Source of the DNA: Kudoa neothunni
Lineage: Eukaryota > Animalia > Cnidaria
Direction: 5' to 3'
Length of the DNA: 64,000 nt
Assembly (NCBI GenBank): GCA_964304625.1
Contig: OZ199838.1
Coordinates: forward strand, 11,805,608 to 11,869,607
The position numbers and the translations under genes were made by a program. Numbering within the stretch: the stretch's first letter is position 1; each line of letters begins with the position of its first letter. Below the pieces are notes generated by a model that saw only the letters and a list, made by a program, of their open reading frames with translations, was not told where the DNA came from and did no database searches. Shown piece by piece: positions 1 to 14,073 of the stretch.

Positions 1-1584
1 AAAGGTGCGCAATGCACATTCTGCGCATATGTGAAATGTAAAACTTAATTTTTTTCAAATAATTGTTATAAAAGTATATTTCTAGATAAATTTTACAATT
101 TTAGATATTCTGTCCTTCACTGGATAGGAATCAGTCAATCCATTAGGGTTTTAAGTTAAAATGTTCAGTGTGTTTCTGAGACAGCATTCTTCAGTGTCTC
201 CGCGTTAAATACGTACGTGACGTGGTCATTTTCATTGTGACCGGCATCATATTGAGAATTTTCATTTTAAATAGATGGATTGTTCTTATAATAATAAAAA
301 CCAGATTCTATAACTTCACATGTTATCCATGGTCTAACCACCTTTTTGGATTTATTAGAACATTAAAAATTCGAAATAAAGATAAATTTGATAATCTATC
401 TTGTGTATCTAGAACGGTATTCCTTCGGAAATAATTTTCGATAAATTTTTCGTTAAAATCTGATTTTGTAAATTAAATCATAAACAGATTTAGATTAACC
501 AAGGATTGATTGGATAATAACAAGCAAAAGATTATAATACGTAAGAACCATGATATATACGGGCGCGTGCGTGTTTACAACGAAGTTGTTATTTTACGTT
601 TAATTTAATTTTGAACTTTGTGATTTCATCTTGTATTATTGTTTATATTTATATTCATTTTTATTTATTAACCATGATGCAATTAGATAATATTACAGTT
701 GAAGAACATAACAAATTATTTTTATCAAAAACGGTTTTAATAATGTTAATTTTTAATTATTACGCAAAAACATGATAATTAAGTCCAAAAAAATGAAATT
801 TGTTTCAATTTATTATTCTCTTTTTAATATTTATCATTTAAAATTGTAGGCATGTTTTCAGAATTTAAAAACAATTTTAATTACATTATTATAATTTTTA
901 AATTTTTACACTTAAACATCATTTTTAATAATCAATAATGATGTTTTAGTTTATAAATTTTTCTTGGGACCTCTCAAGCCAAATTTAAAAGGTATTTAAT
1001 TAATAATAGAAGATATTTACCATCGGATTTTTTAAACCGTTGTTTCCCACATAATAACAGTACAAATTTATACGTCATTTATAACAAAAAAATATGACAC
1101 CTATAACAAATTTATTAAAATAATGTTTAACATAATTATTTAACTTTTTCGCAATTACTTATTTTCATCTTAATGACCAACAAATATATTTACAGTATAT
1201 TGTCCTAATATACCATTTCCTCTTTATTTGTTTATTACATCATTTTTATATTTTATGTAAGGTCTAACGAAGTAGTTAATCTATCCGAACCATTATATAC
1301 GTTTCTCGCAAATTTTAGAGAATAGATATTATAGTTGATTATTAATCAATAATTATTGATTTTAATTGATTCATTCAATCGGAAGAAAACAAAATTTTAT
1401 TATATTGTTATTACTGATTGTTGTTAGTTAGATTCTTCCAAGATTCTATCGGATCATGTGTATATTATTTATTATCGATTTTTACTTATTTATTAAGTCA
1501 ACAGTTTTATATAAAAAATATTTAAATGACTTCCTCATTGTTATCATTATCCATTTGTCGTAGTTACATTATTCTCATTAAATA

Positions 1585-2297
1585 CTAGCTGGAACTGCCC
1601 AGCGTTGCTTGGGGAAGATTTCACCTAGAGGCATTTTTTAATAGCATTCAAAAAATATATTGAAATCTCGAATTAACCCATAGAAACAAAATAACTAAAA
1701 ATTTTTAATCAACTTACTATAACGATTTGGATTATGTAATTTAAATTATTATAATTTCTGTGAAGGAAAGTATCAATCCCGGCGTCCATTTAAAAATTCC
1801 GTGGCTCGGTAACTGGGTGCACCACTAACTTTTTAGGAGATAAAAAAATAGAAAAAATAAAAGAGATAGAAGAAAACATGAAAATTAATCGATATTGTTA
1901 AAATTAGCATTGTTTAACTCGGCATAAACATACATGCGCTTTTATCATAAACAACCACAAATTGCGTCGATTTCAACATAAACAATTTAAATAATTTGGT
2001 GAAATAAAAGTACAACTATCCGCATTGAATTTAATCACATAAAGTAAAACTTAGCGGACAATTTAATGAAACCTATGAACGCAGTATTTCCATTATAACG
2101 CTTCAATCAACGTAACTTTAACGTTCTCCACGAATTCGTTATTTATAAAACATATATAGATTTTTTACCACATTTAAAACCATTAATAGAACTTATAAAA
2201 TATACTTATCAAGTCATATACGTTAAAACTCCGCAAATAAGGAGTGTGTTTAAATAGACACCCAAATAGAAACTCCAACCTTATATATAAAGATAGA
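1585..2297 (-). mobile_element. Non-autonomous Helitron-like element
   Basis: On the minus strand it starts A|TCTATCTTTATATATAAG (2297) and ends with the hairpin CCCAAGCAACGCTGGG followed by CTAG|T (1585). It sits between A and T with no TSD, matching Helitron termini. Confidence 0.65.
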
Positions 2298-4469
2298 TAG
2301 AAGCAGTTAATGAACATATGATGGAGCATATAAAGAGGATAGTTGACTTCAACCTACCATAACCATGAAATAAGCAAGTGCTAATCCTATCGTTGAACTC
2401 ATTTAATCCGAAAAACAAACTTTAAATCGACAAAATCACTATTTCATAAATACTTTTTGGAAACTTTCGTAGTCCGACAACAATTAAACGATTTTTTTAA
2501 ATATCACAAATTTATAAAAATTTTCTATATGGCTCTCTATAAGGAAAAAATTATCCGCACATGCGTACTTAGGGGCATACACACACAAACAAATATACCG
2601 ACGGTCCTCTTTTATATATATAAAGGATAATAAAAATACTTTCTGCATTGCTTCTTAAAATTTTTTAAATTTAATCAGCGACTAAAATTCCTCTTTAATG
2701 GAGAAATGAATTCCGTATGTTTATTAGCTATTTTATGCAAAACATTAGAGTTAATTTAGCCCTAAAACAATCTAATAATGAAAGCAGACAAAACGTGTTA
2801 ACATTATAGTTATTTGATTTATGTACAATGGCCACACGTATAGTTTAAAATCAACGAAGCTACTCAGATTTAAAGAACAACATGCAATCCTATAATAAAA
2901 CCAAGATATTAATAAATTTATGCACGTGGATAAAGTTTATAATTATAAAATATTCCTGTTTTTCTGCACTGACTATTAGTTCAATTTTTGTTGTTGAATG
3001 AATTAATCCTAAATCACTTTTATTAATAGAAAAATAGAAAAACGTTGACATCAACGTTTAAGTTCGTTCTACTTCTTTAAAATAAAAACCACAAAATAAT
3101 GACAATACACTTCGAATTTATGATATTGTTAAATTTAATGAGGATTGAATTTTAGTGCGTCATATTCATTTTCTAGAATTTTTAAAAACTTTTTTTAAAA
3201 ATAAATAATTTAAAATGTTTTCTTAATAGCTTAACAGATTTACAATATGGAACTGCATCTTATAAAACGATAAAATAATGACACAAAACGAAAAGTGCGC
3301 AATATGCAACTATGCAATAACCGTTGTTGACTATAATAAACTAAATGTGAATAAGTTTTATTATGAGAATAACATTGAAAACCTAATGTTCCACATTTTG
3401 ACTAAATTTCATTTATTCACTCAAAAAAGACTAATTCAAGAAAGAATATAAAAGTTTGATAAATTATAATATTCATAAATTAATATTTGATATTTTCCCT
3501 TGCACTCGATTATTTCAATCAGTGGAAATACAACTTATGTCGCATCATGTCAAATGCGATTATATTCTCAAATCTTTAAAATATGCGTTATTTTCCCTGC
3601 ACTCGAGCATTTCAACCCATCAGAATTACAATTTAAATTGCATCATGCTAGGTGCTATTCGATTCTCAAATTTTTAGAATAATTAGATAATTCATCCATA
3701 TTACAAACAGCTAATATGGGATTGTTTACAAATATTGGGATTAGCACGTGAAAGCCGACCAAACACGGATAAAACTGAAGATTATATTTTTAAAATATTC
3801 CCAACTAAATCACCTTGAGACCTTATTATTTTATACTGTGTAAAATAGATGAAGCCATATAATTTGTTAATGATAGATTTTAATACAATTATTTACAACA
3901 GTTTCAAAAATCAGCAAAAATGTTGCAAAACCATCTTCATGTGAATTTCGCGATGTTCTCAAAAAGATCAACTCTAATGCATTTTGTACAATAACTTGTG
4001 TCACTCTATTTCAAAAAATAATAGAGACGCTCTAATTCAATTAATGTAACCAATTTTATTACATTTATTATTTTACGCGTCAATTTTATGCTATCTAATT
4101 GTATCTACTAGGATTTTATCCAATAAATTTTATCCGGCGCATGTGCATTAATACCTACCCCATATAAAATAACACATATAACCTCTATGTAACGCAATTA
4201 TCTATTGTCATATTATCGTATTTATTTTATTATATTAATTACTTAAAAAATATTACCTACTATTGCTTAAAGGCACATTTTAAAGTTATTCCGCTTAGGA
4301 ATATTTTATTAGCAACGAAAAAACATTCTTGTCACTCTAAATTAACTAAATAAAATCGAGTAAATCATATCTACTTACTTAACTACAAAATAACCACATT
4401 TAAAATAGACGGCGTTTAAAAAAGACCACGTGGATAATAAGCTTGTTGGGAGAAGTACATTACAACCGT

Positions 4470-5134
4470 ATGAAGGAGCAAATCAATAATGACGAAATAT
4501 GTGAGAACCTTCATCGGTTTAAGGTGCTTTTCAATCTCACATATGGATATAAATTGCAGCAACTGTTAACGAATCTATTCATGCGTATAGAGTATGATAA
4601 TGAAGTTGAGAGAGGACGATTCGAAAATCAAAATGAAACTAGACCAATGTATCCCAACAAAATCTTTTAAAGGAGCTGTTGACATTAGTCAGAATTGTCG
4701 AGATTTTTATAATGAGGTTTCATATTCCAAGAGGTTGTGAGTGAAGTGTTTGATTGGAATATTTCGAATAGCTTGTATCGTTGTTTAAAACAAGAAATCA
4801 ATTAATTGAGGGATGTCTACAGCACACACAGGAAAGATATAACCAGCTCAAAAAAGACGATATCAGTGATCCGGTGGTTTCAAAAAATGTAATCAACTCC
4901 CACCTCTCATCAACCGCATTTTTCTACTACTTTCATTGACACCATAATTAATTTAATCTAATAAATTCAAACTAATTTTATTTATTGAATTTATTTAGTT
5001 GATGTATTATAAGAGAGAAATTGGTGTGGAGAAAATTGTTCAGGAGCAAGCTTTACAGGTGATATAAAATTAGTTCTTAAATTAATTTTGGAAAATTTTA
5101 GGCATTAAAGGATGTTTGTGGAGAGCATATTTAG
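4470..5134 (+). CDS. MIX23: MIX23/CCDC58-like mitochondrial intermembrane-space protein, 5 exons
   Basis: Spliced product ICENLHRFK|SMIMKLREDDSKIKMKLDQCIPTKSFKGAVDISQNCRDFYNE|LVSLFKTRNQLIEGCLQHT...|LMYYKREIGVEKIVQEQALQ|ALKDVCGEHI* follows the CCDC58 pattern (VPTASF..IDASQTC..RDRVIKNC..ELNVEEVV..ERC). Introns are GT-AG. Confidence 0.8.
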
Positions 5135-5620
5135 ATTTTTAATTATAAAAACGTATTTTTTTCTCGGCTTCTATGTCTTGATATTGTGATTTCCTTCTTT
5201 TTAATTGTAATCTATACGCGTTCGTTGAAAAGTGACAATATCAGCAGCATCATAAGGGACGCATTGGTAACTAAATATCAGTTGTTAAGACATTGAGCTG
5301 CTTAGCATTGGTACCTTGGATCTACCTGCATTTAAATATTATCATAAATTTAATAAATAATAAAATATTTCACTTCGAACAATAGAAATGAGATTAAAAT
5401 TATTTGGCGCTAATCCTATTCTGATATGTCATTGAAATTAGATTATAAATGAAAACTACGAAACTGTTCACAAAGATAGACACTTATGTATAGAGACTCA
5501 AACAAGAATTTATTTTTTAAGTTTTTAAATACATTAGTTGAAGTAAACGTGGATTACAATAGTTAACACTTAATGAAAAGTGCCATGCGTGTGATATTTT
5601 TGACGCATGTAATTATTGGT

Positions 5621-6811
5621 ATGACGGAAGATTCCAATTTGTTATCACTAGCAAACACAATAAAGTTGTTGTCATCGACTCAGGATGGTCGAAAAAATAT
5701 GATCAAAGTTTTTTCGCGCACCATTTATTTTTTCACTCATAATTGTTAACAGCAACCAAATTTAATGAACGGAATAACCACACTATTAAAATGTAATAAT
5801 GAATCAGTGCTTTTGACGGTGCTTCAAGTAATAACAATCTGCGTCAAACGATATGACTATATTGATTTCAATGCAACAATTATAGTCCATCAAAACATTG
5901 ATGCAATCGGTTGAATGTGCGGACGAGTTGAAACGGAATAGCGCCCTCAAGGTTCAGTGTTATAATCTAAAAGAGAAAGTTGCCAAGGCACCACATAATA
6001 ACGAACTATTCACTACATGTTTGGAAGTTGTGGAGATATTTTCCGCTCCACAATCGACGTAAACTCTTTTCTAACGACCAGAATGTGATTTGGTTGTTTG
6101 ATAGAGTGGAACCGGATCGAAATAATTCCCAGAAAATTGATACAAAAAGATTTATCAACAATATCAACAGAAGAGCCAAACAATTGCTACTTCAAGTTAC
6201 TTTTTTTACAATGTGTGCTTGTGTAGGGGTTTCATTTTTATAAAAATGCCACCAACCAGCACTCGTACAAACTCTAACACATTTTTAAATTCAAATTTAG
6301 ATAGAATACACAGATGAACAACAAAAAAACTCAATCAACCAAATTCTAATGAAGTATAAAGGCATCATAAGTTTCACTTGGGACAAAAATAGCCAACGAG
6401 TTATATTACGTGTGAATCCTAAATTCAAGCTGGAATTGTTGGCCTACAAATTAGTGACTGAAACTCAAGTGAAAGATGTCTATAAAATATGTAGAAATAT
6501 CACTCAACAAGAAGTTGATTCCTTAAGAAGCTAATGGTGATTGTATTAATTTTTAGGTATTGGTTCCTATTGACATACCTCGAGGTGAAGTAGTTGATCT
6601 GCGAGAAACTGGCTATTTTCCTGATAACTATGATGGATTGGAAGGACGTGCCGACGATGACTATGATGCGATCAATAACTATGACAATTATGTACCCTCG
6701 TTTGATGATGCCAAACTTCCACTTGCTACTGGAAACGAACTCAATCCTGAGGGTGGTAGTAATTGGTTTTCTAACGTTGGGACATTTCTATCGAGAAAAT
6801 TGTTTTGGTGA
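5621..6811 (+). CDS. ARMC1: Armadillo repeat-containing protein 1, multi-exon
   Basis: Contains NRRAKQLLLQI and KYKGIISFTWDKNSQRVILRV (HMA-like region). The C-terminus NPEGGSNWFSNVGTFLSRKLFW* matches the ARMC1 end [22 protein letters not shown]. Confidence 0.9.
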
Positions 6812-7019
6812 TGGCGCTCATCGACTTCTACTGCATCCCTCTCTATTGGACCTCGTCCATTAAACTGTTACTATTATTTTATAGCTATATTTTTTTTCTC
6901 TGACAAATTTTTTTTACAAAAAAACAAAAATCAACCATTAAGTCAAAGTTAGTAAATTAAATCAATAAATTGGATCGATAATCGTATTAATAAACATTAT
7001 GGAGCTCATAAATTGAGTT

Positions 7020-7884
7020 TTATTTCTTTTTGCAACAATTAAGAAGTGACGTTTGTTTCTTCTTTCGTCTGTTTGAGGTAGGCGAGGGCGATCTGTAGCT
7101 TTTGGAGTTTTCTATTTGGTCGTATTTGGGGTGTTTTACATGGGAGAAACGGCGGCGTGTATGCGTAGGAGGTGAGTCGTTCATCACGTAGAATGTTGCT
7201 TCGTTAGGATCCCTGTATGTTTTTGGTTGATTGTACGCTATAAAAATTAATAATAAAAGAAACTTATTTTAGTGTGAATATAGTACATTTTTGTTGTTGA
7301 GAATAGGTGTATTTATTGGAAGTGTGCTTGATTGTTACCCCACCACTGCCATCCACATTTTGAGGGGTTAAATCAATAATTATTCTCTCTGATGGAATAA
7401 CATTGGGATGAATGTCTGTAGGTTCAATGTCGTGATCTATTATCTCATCGGTTTGATCAATCTCGCCGTCCCCTTCGGCAGGGTAGACTTGCGAAGATAT
7501 ATTAGTGTATTGTGGCCGAGATTCCATATTGTAATAGGAATCGTTGTTGTCGCCTGTTGGGTATCGTTCACAGTTAAATTGATGATAAAATGGGCATTGG
7601 TTTGAGTTTTCACCTGCCAAACACAATTTTGAAGAATAATGTTCTAGGTTTTCCAATTTCGTTTTTATCTCTTCCAAGTTAGCATACGACCTCCTAAACA
7701 ACTCATTCATATTATCCAGTTGTTGTTTGGTGTTTGGTTCGTGACTGTCATCAATTTGTACCACCTCCTCATATTCCTCCTATTTTTAAAATTTCCAATC
7801 ATACACACTCACTTATAATACAAAATTTGATACTGTACGATATTTGGATTCAGGAATTTTTGACCTATGACGATTTCCTCTCAT
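7020..7884 (-). CDS. Hypothetical protein, 3 exons, with an N-terminal coiled coil and a C-terminal polybasic-CC tail
   Basis: ATG at 7884; GT-AG introns at about 7833-7779 and 7286-7239; includes ORF 7264-7764; ends RRKKKQTSLLNCCKKK*. Confidence 0.6.
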
Positions 7885-8566
7885 AGGCTCGCTGTGAAAT
7901 AGTAGTCAAAATGAAAGTTCGTCAACAAATTAACCCTCCTATAATTCTGTAGTCCTGTAATCCTGTAACTCTGTAATGTGTTCCCAATGTTTTATTTGTT
8001 TCAGTAGAATAATACGTGAGAAAAATAGAATCAATAAATATTTTTATTATTGTTAAATAAATAGATCCACTTGTCACCCACGATCTCTCAAGGGGTTTAT
8101 ACATAATTGATGCTACAAACATGAATAATGAGTTTAACATGTAGAAATAACTGTTTTAGTTCAAATCAGCGGTCTAAACTCCATAGCTAATTAGTGGTTG
8201 TTAGATATTACAAATATAACAAAGTGGATATGGAACCACTCTGAATATTGAAAATATTTGGAGAATATTAATTTTTATTATATTTTGTTACTAAGAGCTC
8301 TTTATCTATAAATTATATTTTATGAATGATTAATTAATTAATCACTTGGTTATTCCTTATTCTAATTTGTCTAAAATTTTATCATGATTGATCATATTTT
8401 ACAGACTAATGTCGAAATATACGCTATAATCTGTCACTATTGTTAACTTTGGGTATATATTTTGGACCCTGATTTGAATAATTTATCTATTTTTTGAAAA
8501 TTTATCTCTGCACTTCGTTTAAATAAAATTAACTGTTATTTTATGTAAAATTTTAAGAATATTTAG

Positions 8567-11500
8567 GTCTTACCATATGGATCAAATTTGTACTATTGAA
8601 AATTTGAATAATGGAAATAAAAACACGCCAACTTGTTTGGATTCAATAGCAATGAAGGTGCCAAATTGCTATTGAATCACCGATGAATGGATCCTCTATG
8701 GTAATGTGGGTTAATTCAATCAATTTAAGTTCGGTTCTTCTGTATTTTATGCCCTCTAATAGCTATGCTAATTTTTATCAATATTTTTATTATATTAACC
8801 AACAGTTTTGCTGAAACCTCTGAATGTACGTAGTGAATTGTTTTTTGTGATCCATATGGCTGACTTTGTATTCAGATGACAAACACTACAGAAAGAGTAA
8901 CGATATGACCAACGCTAGAACGAGTGACAATGGATATGACCAGCCAACTCAAAACAAACAACAACTACATTACAATGATAGCTACATCGATGAGGTTCTT
9001 CGCCAGCTTCATAAAATTGAATATCTTGCATCTCGCAGCCCCACCCCCATCCAATGGAAGGAGAAAATTCTTGGGGACGTTGTGGATAGCAATAACGAAA
9101 TTTTCGCTTCTCAAGAATTTCTACCTGATCAGCCTTCCAGCCCAAAACCAAAAAGTATTCAAATCAATAATTCCACAAAAATATTTTAGTTTTTTAATAA
9201 ATTATTAGCGATGTAATTTAATAGTGAAATAATGCAATAATTTTAGGTAAAAGTTCCGATTTATCTTTAGAAATGGAGGATGCTTGTGGCTATTCGACAA
9301 TCAATTACACCCTTAGCCAATCTAATCTGCTGAAAGAAGGTTTTAGATTAGAAAAATTTCTTGAACTGAACTCGTGTAGGTATTTATGAAATCGTTATCG
9401 ATGACAACCCTTACATATGCGGCTTCATGTTCACCCCTAATGGAAATGATTTCTCCATCTCCTCCTATATTTTCAATGTATGCTACTCCTCAGATGCAAT
9501 CAACTGGACATTTGTAAACTCTAACGTCTTCTCCGATCCATTAGTAATTAGTTGGGGAAATGCTCGAATTTTTACAAAACATTTTAATTTGTAGAATTTC
9601 ATGTGGACCAATGGTGGAGTGTACCCCAATAAGGTGGTTATCGCGCCAAAAACCAATGTGAAACGAGTGCGACTTCTAATCAAACCTGATCGAAATGATA
9701 ACTACAAATTTCTAACTTCAACATTGACTGTCACTCTACTCAAAGATATCAAAAACAAATCTCTCTCTATCATCACTACTCCCCAACCCATATCTACCAG
9801 GGATGATGGCGTCGAGCAAGTAAATGAGCACGATTTTGGCGATATTGGAAGTGATAACGATTTCGCCACCTACACACCAAACTATCATTGTATATTTCCG
9901 AATAAGAAATTTAGTTGAAGATAATAAAACTATTTTAGACTTTGAAGTCGATGTCAAAGATGAAAACAGAGCCAACATACAACATCCCGCAGATGGCAGA
10001 CTGATCCATTTGGATGCTGAAGATTACGATATTGAGGAACCAAACAATGTGGTTATTGATCGAAGTATTATGGACAGCAATGGATTCCTGAAGAAACATG
10101 CCACTATCAAAGACGAACATTGGTCCTGCAGACATGTCATCAAACTAGCCAATCATGGCGACCGAGTGGAACTTCAAGCCTCCAAAATGACTTTTGTTCC
10201 GAAACTAAAAATTACTGTGATGGCTTTTATCAAAGTTGATCAGTTGGAGGACGTCAACCCCATATTTTCAGTTGTTGGTCTACATCCAGATCCATTTTTT
10301 AACCAGCTCAATCTTGATATACTTAAGGATGGGTCAATACGTTGGAAATACGTCAAACAAAGTGGTGAGGTTGGATACGAAGCACAAACTGGTAATTAAA
10401 TTCTATTTACCTTTTTATTTATTAATTTTTATTCAATTTTCTATTTTAAATTATTAAAATTTGATATAAAAAGACTCGTTCAATTCATTCTGTAATAGAA
10501 TCCAATATTATTACTCCTAATGCATGGAATCACATCGTGGTCACTTACAAAATTGTAAATTTCACCAACAATGGCATAGCTTCCATCTATGTGAATGGCA
10601 CATTGAAAGCCAAATATCATGGAAGCGGCTACATTCCCAAAGACTGGGAAGGACTTACCATGATGGGAGCCGATCAGCACGATCACCAGTTGTTTGGATC
10701 GATCGATGAATTTGTGGTCTTTGATCGAATACTGAGTGATGATGAGATAAAAGCCGAATCGGAAAAATGTGTTTCAGATCGTTATTGTAATAAAACTCTT
10801 TACCTTAACTTGTAAGATGTTGCAAAATATATAAAATGATAATAGATTCAGGAGGTAACGTATGGAGTAAAAGTGGAACTATCATGAGTCCTCATTATCC
10901 TAGCCTCTACAATAAATCTGTGTCGTCCAACTGGAAAATAACTGGCAAACCTAACGAGATTATTGAAGTCAAAGTAGAGGAGTTCGTCGTGGGGGACAAT
11001 AGCGATGATGAGTCGTGTCAAAGAACAACTTTGATCATAAAAGAAACCAATTCTGGACAAATTATCGATAAAGTCTGCAAGCTGAAAGAACCTCAAACAT
11101 ACATATCCAAAACCAATAGTGTAACCATTCTCTTTGAGACGAGTGGGGAGAAAAACGGCATCAAATATAAAATTCATTTCAAAATGGGTAATTTATTTTC
11201 TTTTATTTATTTATGCATGTTTGTTTTGTTGTTTATTTACTCGCACATATATTGTGTATATTGAGACTAGAAACTGTAATTTTTTTATTGAATCAATTCT
11301 AATTAATTTATAGTCAACAATACAATCACTAAAAGAAGCATTACAATGAACAAAAAATCTTGTACATATGAAAAGATCTACAGAAATATGCGTGTAAAAA
11401 TTCCATCTAAACTAAATTTTGTTGGACCATTGGTTTACCACCCCTCAGAAACTCCAGTTTTTGAATGTGCAAACATGTAACTGCTGTTTGATAGTTTGGA

Positions 11501-14073
11501 CTGACAATTTATTTTTAAACAAGGGTATGCCAATCCGACTCTAACTATAATACTGCATATGCCGTTGGAGGAAATTGTTATGGAGTGGATTGTGGAGTGG
11601 ATCGCCGATCCTGCATTGTAACAACCACCAATCAACCATCCGAACCTTCAAACGAATATGTTGTCATAATAAAAAGTAATTCTTTTCCGCATGATCCAAT
11701 CATTACAACTTATTCTAAGAAATAACAGAACAATAACTAGCCCGATTGTGTTCTAGTAGAGTAGTAGATAGGAATGTATACTCAAAATCCGTCGGTTGTA
11801 AAATAGATCTTATATGTGAATTATTGCTGTTCCTGTTGAATAAATTATCACATCAAACCCTAAGAATCAATTATCACCTGATATATTGCTTCCTTGGGGT
11901 TGCTTATGAACAAACTATTTTATAATTTTGTACAATTATCATTTTTTTGAGTTTCTATTTTTCTATTTCTTTTCTTATCGAATAAAAGATATTAATATTT
12001 TTTAGATTACTTTTTCTAAAATTAATTTCTATTAAGGTAACAACTATAATCCAAAAAATGACTTTCAATGCGATTTCGAAAAGCCTTTTGAAGGAGTTAT
12101 TTTTTCTCCATCTGTAATAGACAGTCTAGTCACAATCAATAGAGAAACTTTGCATTACAGCAATGATACGAATGACTGCAAACTTCAATTTTGCCAAAAG
12201 TTAGACAGCAACATTGAAAACACCATTATTCTAGCTGTTGACGGTAGTTGTCACCTTATAAAGTGTAATAACTTAGCTAGTTGCCAAATACGACCTTATT
12301 TGGGACAAAAACATAATACCTCTCTTATACTCTCCAGACCTCTATTATTTGATCATTGGAGAAATAATTTTTATTGTATGATCTTTATCATTATTTAATT
12401 TTAATTTAATACACATATAGTTCCACAGTCGTTGGGAAACATGCTTTCGAAACGATTTCATACGTTTTTTAAAAATTCTACAGAATTACGTAGAGTGCAT
12501 TTTGACCAACTCTCATCTCATGTTCAATTCGAATTTCTTTATGCCACAACGAATATCAATGACTGCAAATTCTATTGTGTCATTGTCGGAAGTAATGTGT
12601 GTGAAGCATTATTTTTCTTTAAAAACCTATGCTTCGCTATCAAATGTAAGGATGCAATTGACGGATGTGGAAACATTCGTCCTGATACTGCCACGTTCGA
12701 AAATCTTCTCATTCCTACATCTTTATTTACAGCAGGTTTTTATAATTTTAATTGGTCCTTTTAAACAAAAAATATTTTAAAATTTTTTCCATATAGTTAT
12801 TGATTATGGGGTTAACTGTGACTCTGTTAAAATCCATAAAATTATACATAACGCAAGACTTGTAAATGGTTTGGATGCAGGAAAATTTGTTAATCATGGC
12901 AAATATTCTACAATCCGGAAGTGTATTCAGTCTGTTTGCGACTTTCAGTCACAATCCAATCTTGTTTATTATATTGATCAACTTTGTATCGGTGTGGAAT
13001 GCTACAATGATACTACTTGCACATATGAGACATTCGATGCAACTCCTCACACAGTAGGGGTCATCAATTCTACCCTTGTACTTTTAAACCTAACCACAAA
13101 TCATCAAAACTCCATTGTATCGGTATCAGGTAAATCAATGAATGTGATTAGATGGAGATGATTACATTTAGAGATACAAGTAGGTGAAAACCCTCCCAAA
13201 AAATGTTATAGTCATAACTCATTCGTTGGGACCCTACTACAAAATCAATCAAAACGTTTATTATATTTTACAACAAATTAGTTAATTAATTTTATTAAGT
13301 CATTGCAAACAATCAAGGTGCTTCATTCAGCATACTTCAATGTGTTTCCAAATGCTGCTTTCTAAATAACTGTGACATCGCCTACTTGGAGGGGGATGTA
13401 TGTTTCGTTCAAATTTGTAATGAACCAATTGACTGTCTTCTTTCCAAAACTGACAACATTCTTTCTACTATTACCTACATAACTAGAAATCCATTTGATG
13501 AAGGTGATTTATAATGAAATTCTTAGATTATCGTTTGTTTCATAGTTCCTGAACTGGAAATAGGAACTCCATGTAAACCAATATCTAGGAGCAATTTTAT
13601 TATAGCAAGTCATCTTCATCAGTCGAATCCAAAGAATTTCCGGAAATTTCTAGCTATAACGAAGTAAAATTCAACAAATAACTATTCAAATATTCTTAAG
13701 TTTTACATAGAATAAAACATTAATTTTTTTTTTTAGTAATATCACACATTGTTATGAACTATGTTGCAAATTAGAACCTTGTGATACCATTTTTTACATT
13801 AGTCAATCTTGCTGGGGCTATTTCTGTGATGATATGAAGGAATGTACCGCAGAGAATGATTCCAAGGGAACTATTGTTGGCAGGGTTGTTCCTTACATAA
13901 GAACTTCCTCACCTAGATTACATTCAAGTATCTTTTGCAATTGTTTATTTTTCTTAATTATAATTATAGAAACCATTATTGTGGCAATAAGTACACTTTC
14001 GATGGCCACTATTATAGTGCTTGGGTTGGGAAGATGCTTTTATGTTAAATTATATAAAAATCCAAAAATTTAA
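8567..14073 (+). CDS. Large multi-exon single-pass membrane protein: discoidin-like region, LamG/ConA, CUB, about 6 MANEC/PAN-like Cys modules, C-terminal TM (5' end uncertain)
   Basis: LamG-type WNHIVVTY..IYVNG..FGSIDEFVVFDRILSDDEI (10520-10760). CUB SGTIMSPHYPSLY..WKITGKPNEIIEVKVEEF (10850-11185). Repeated C-x3-C...C-x-[GA]-[VI]-x-C modules (11315-13900). TM TIIVAISTLSMATIIVLGLG followed by a short basic tail. Confidence 0.7.

Noticed and set aside
100-600. ORF 222-434 and minus-strand coding-like fragments
   Set aside because: Interrupted by stops with no recognisable domain; probably decayed transposon sequence.
2575-2630. Second Helitron-like 5' end (CATACACACACAAAC...TTTATATATATAAAGGA)
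   Set aside because: No separate matching 3' hairpin/CTAG end was found, so no element could be delimited.
5150-5331. Possible tiny minus-strand gene between MIX23 and ARMC1
   Set aside because: A plausible intron is present, but all frames stop early.
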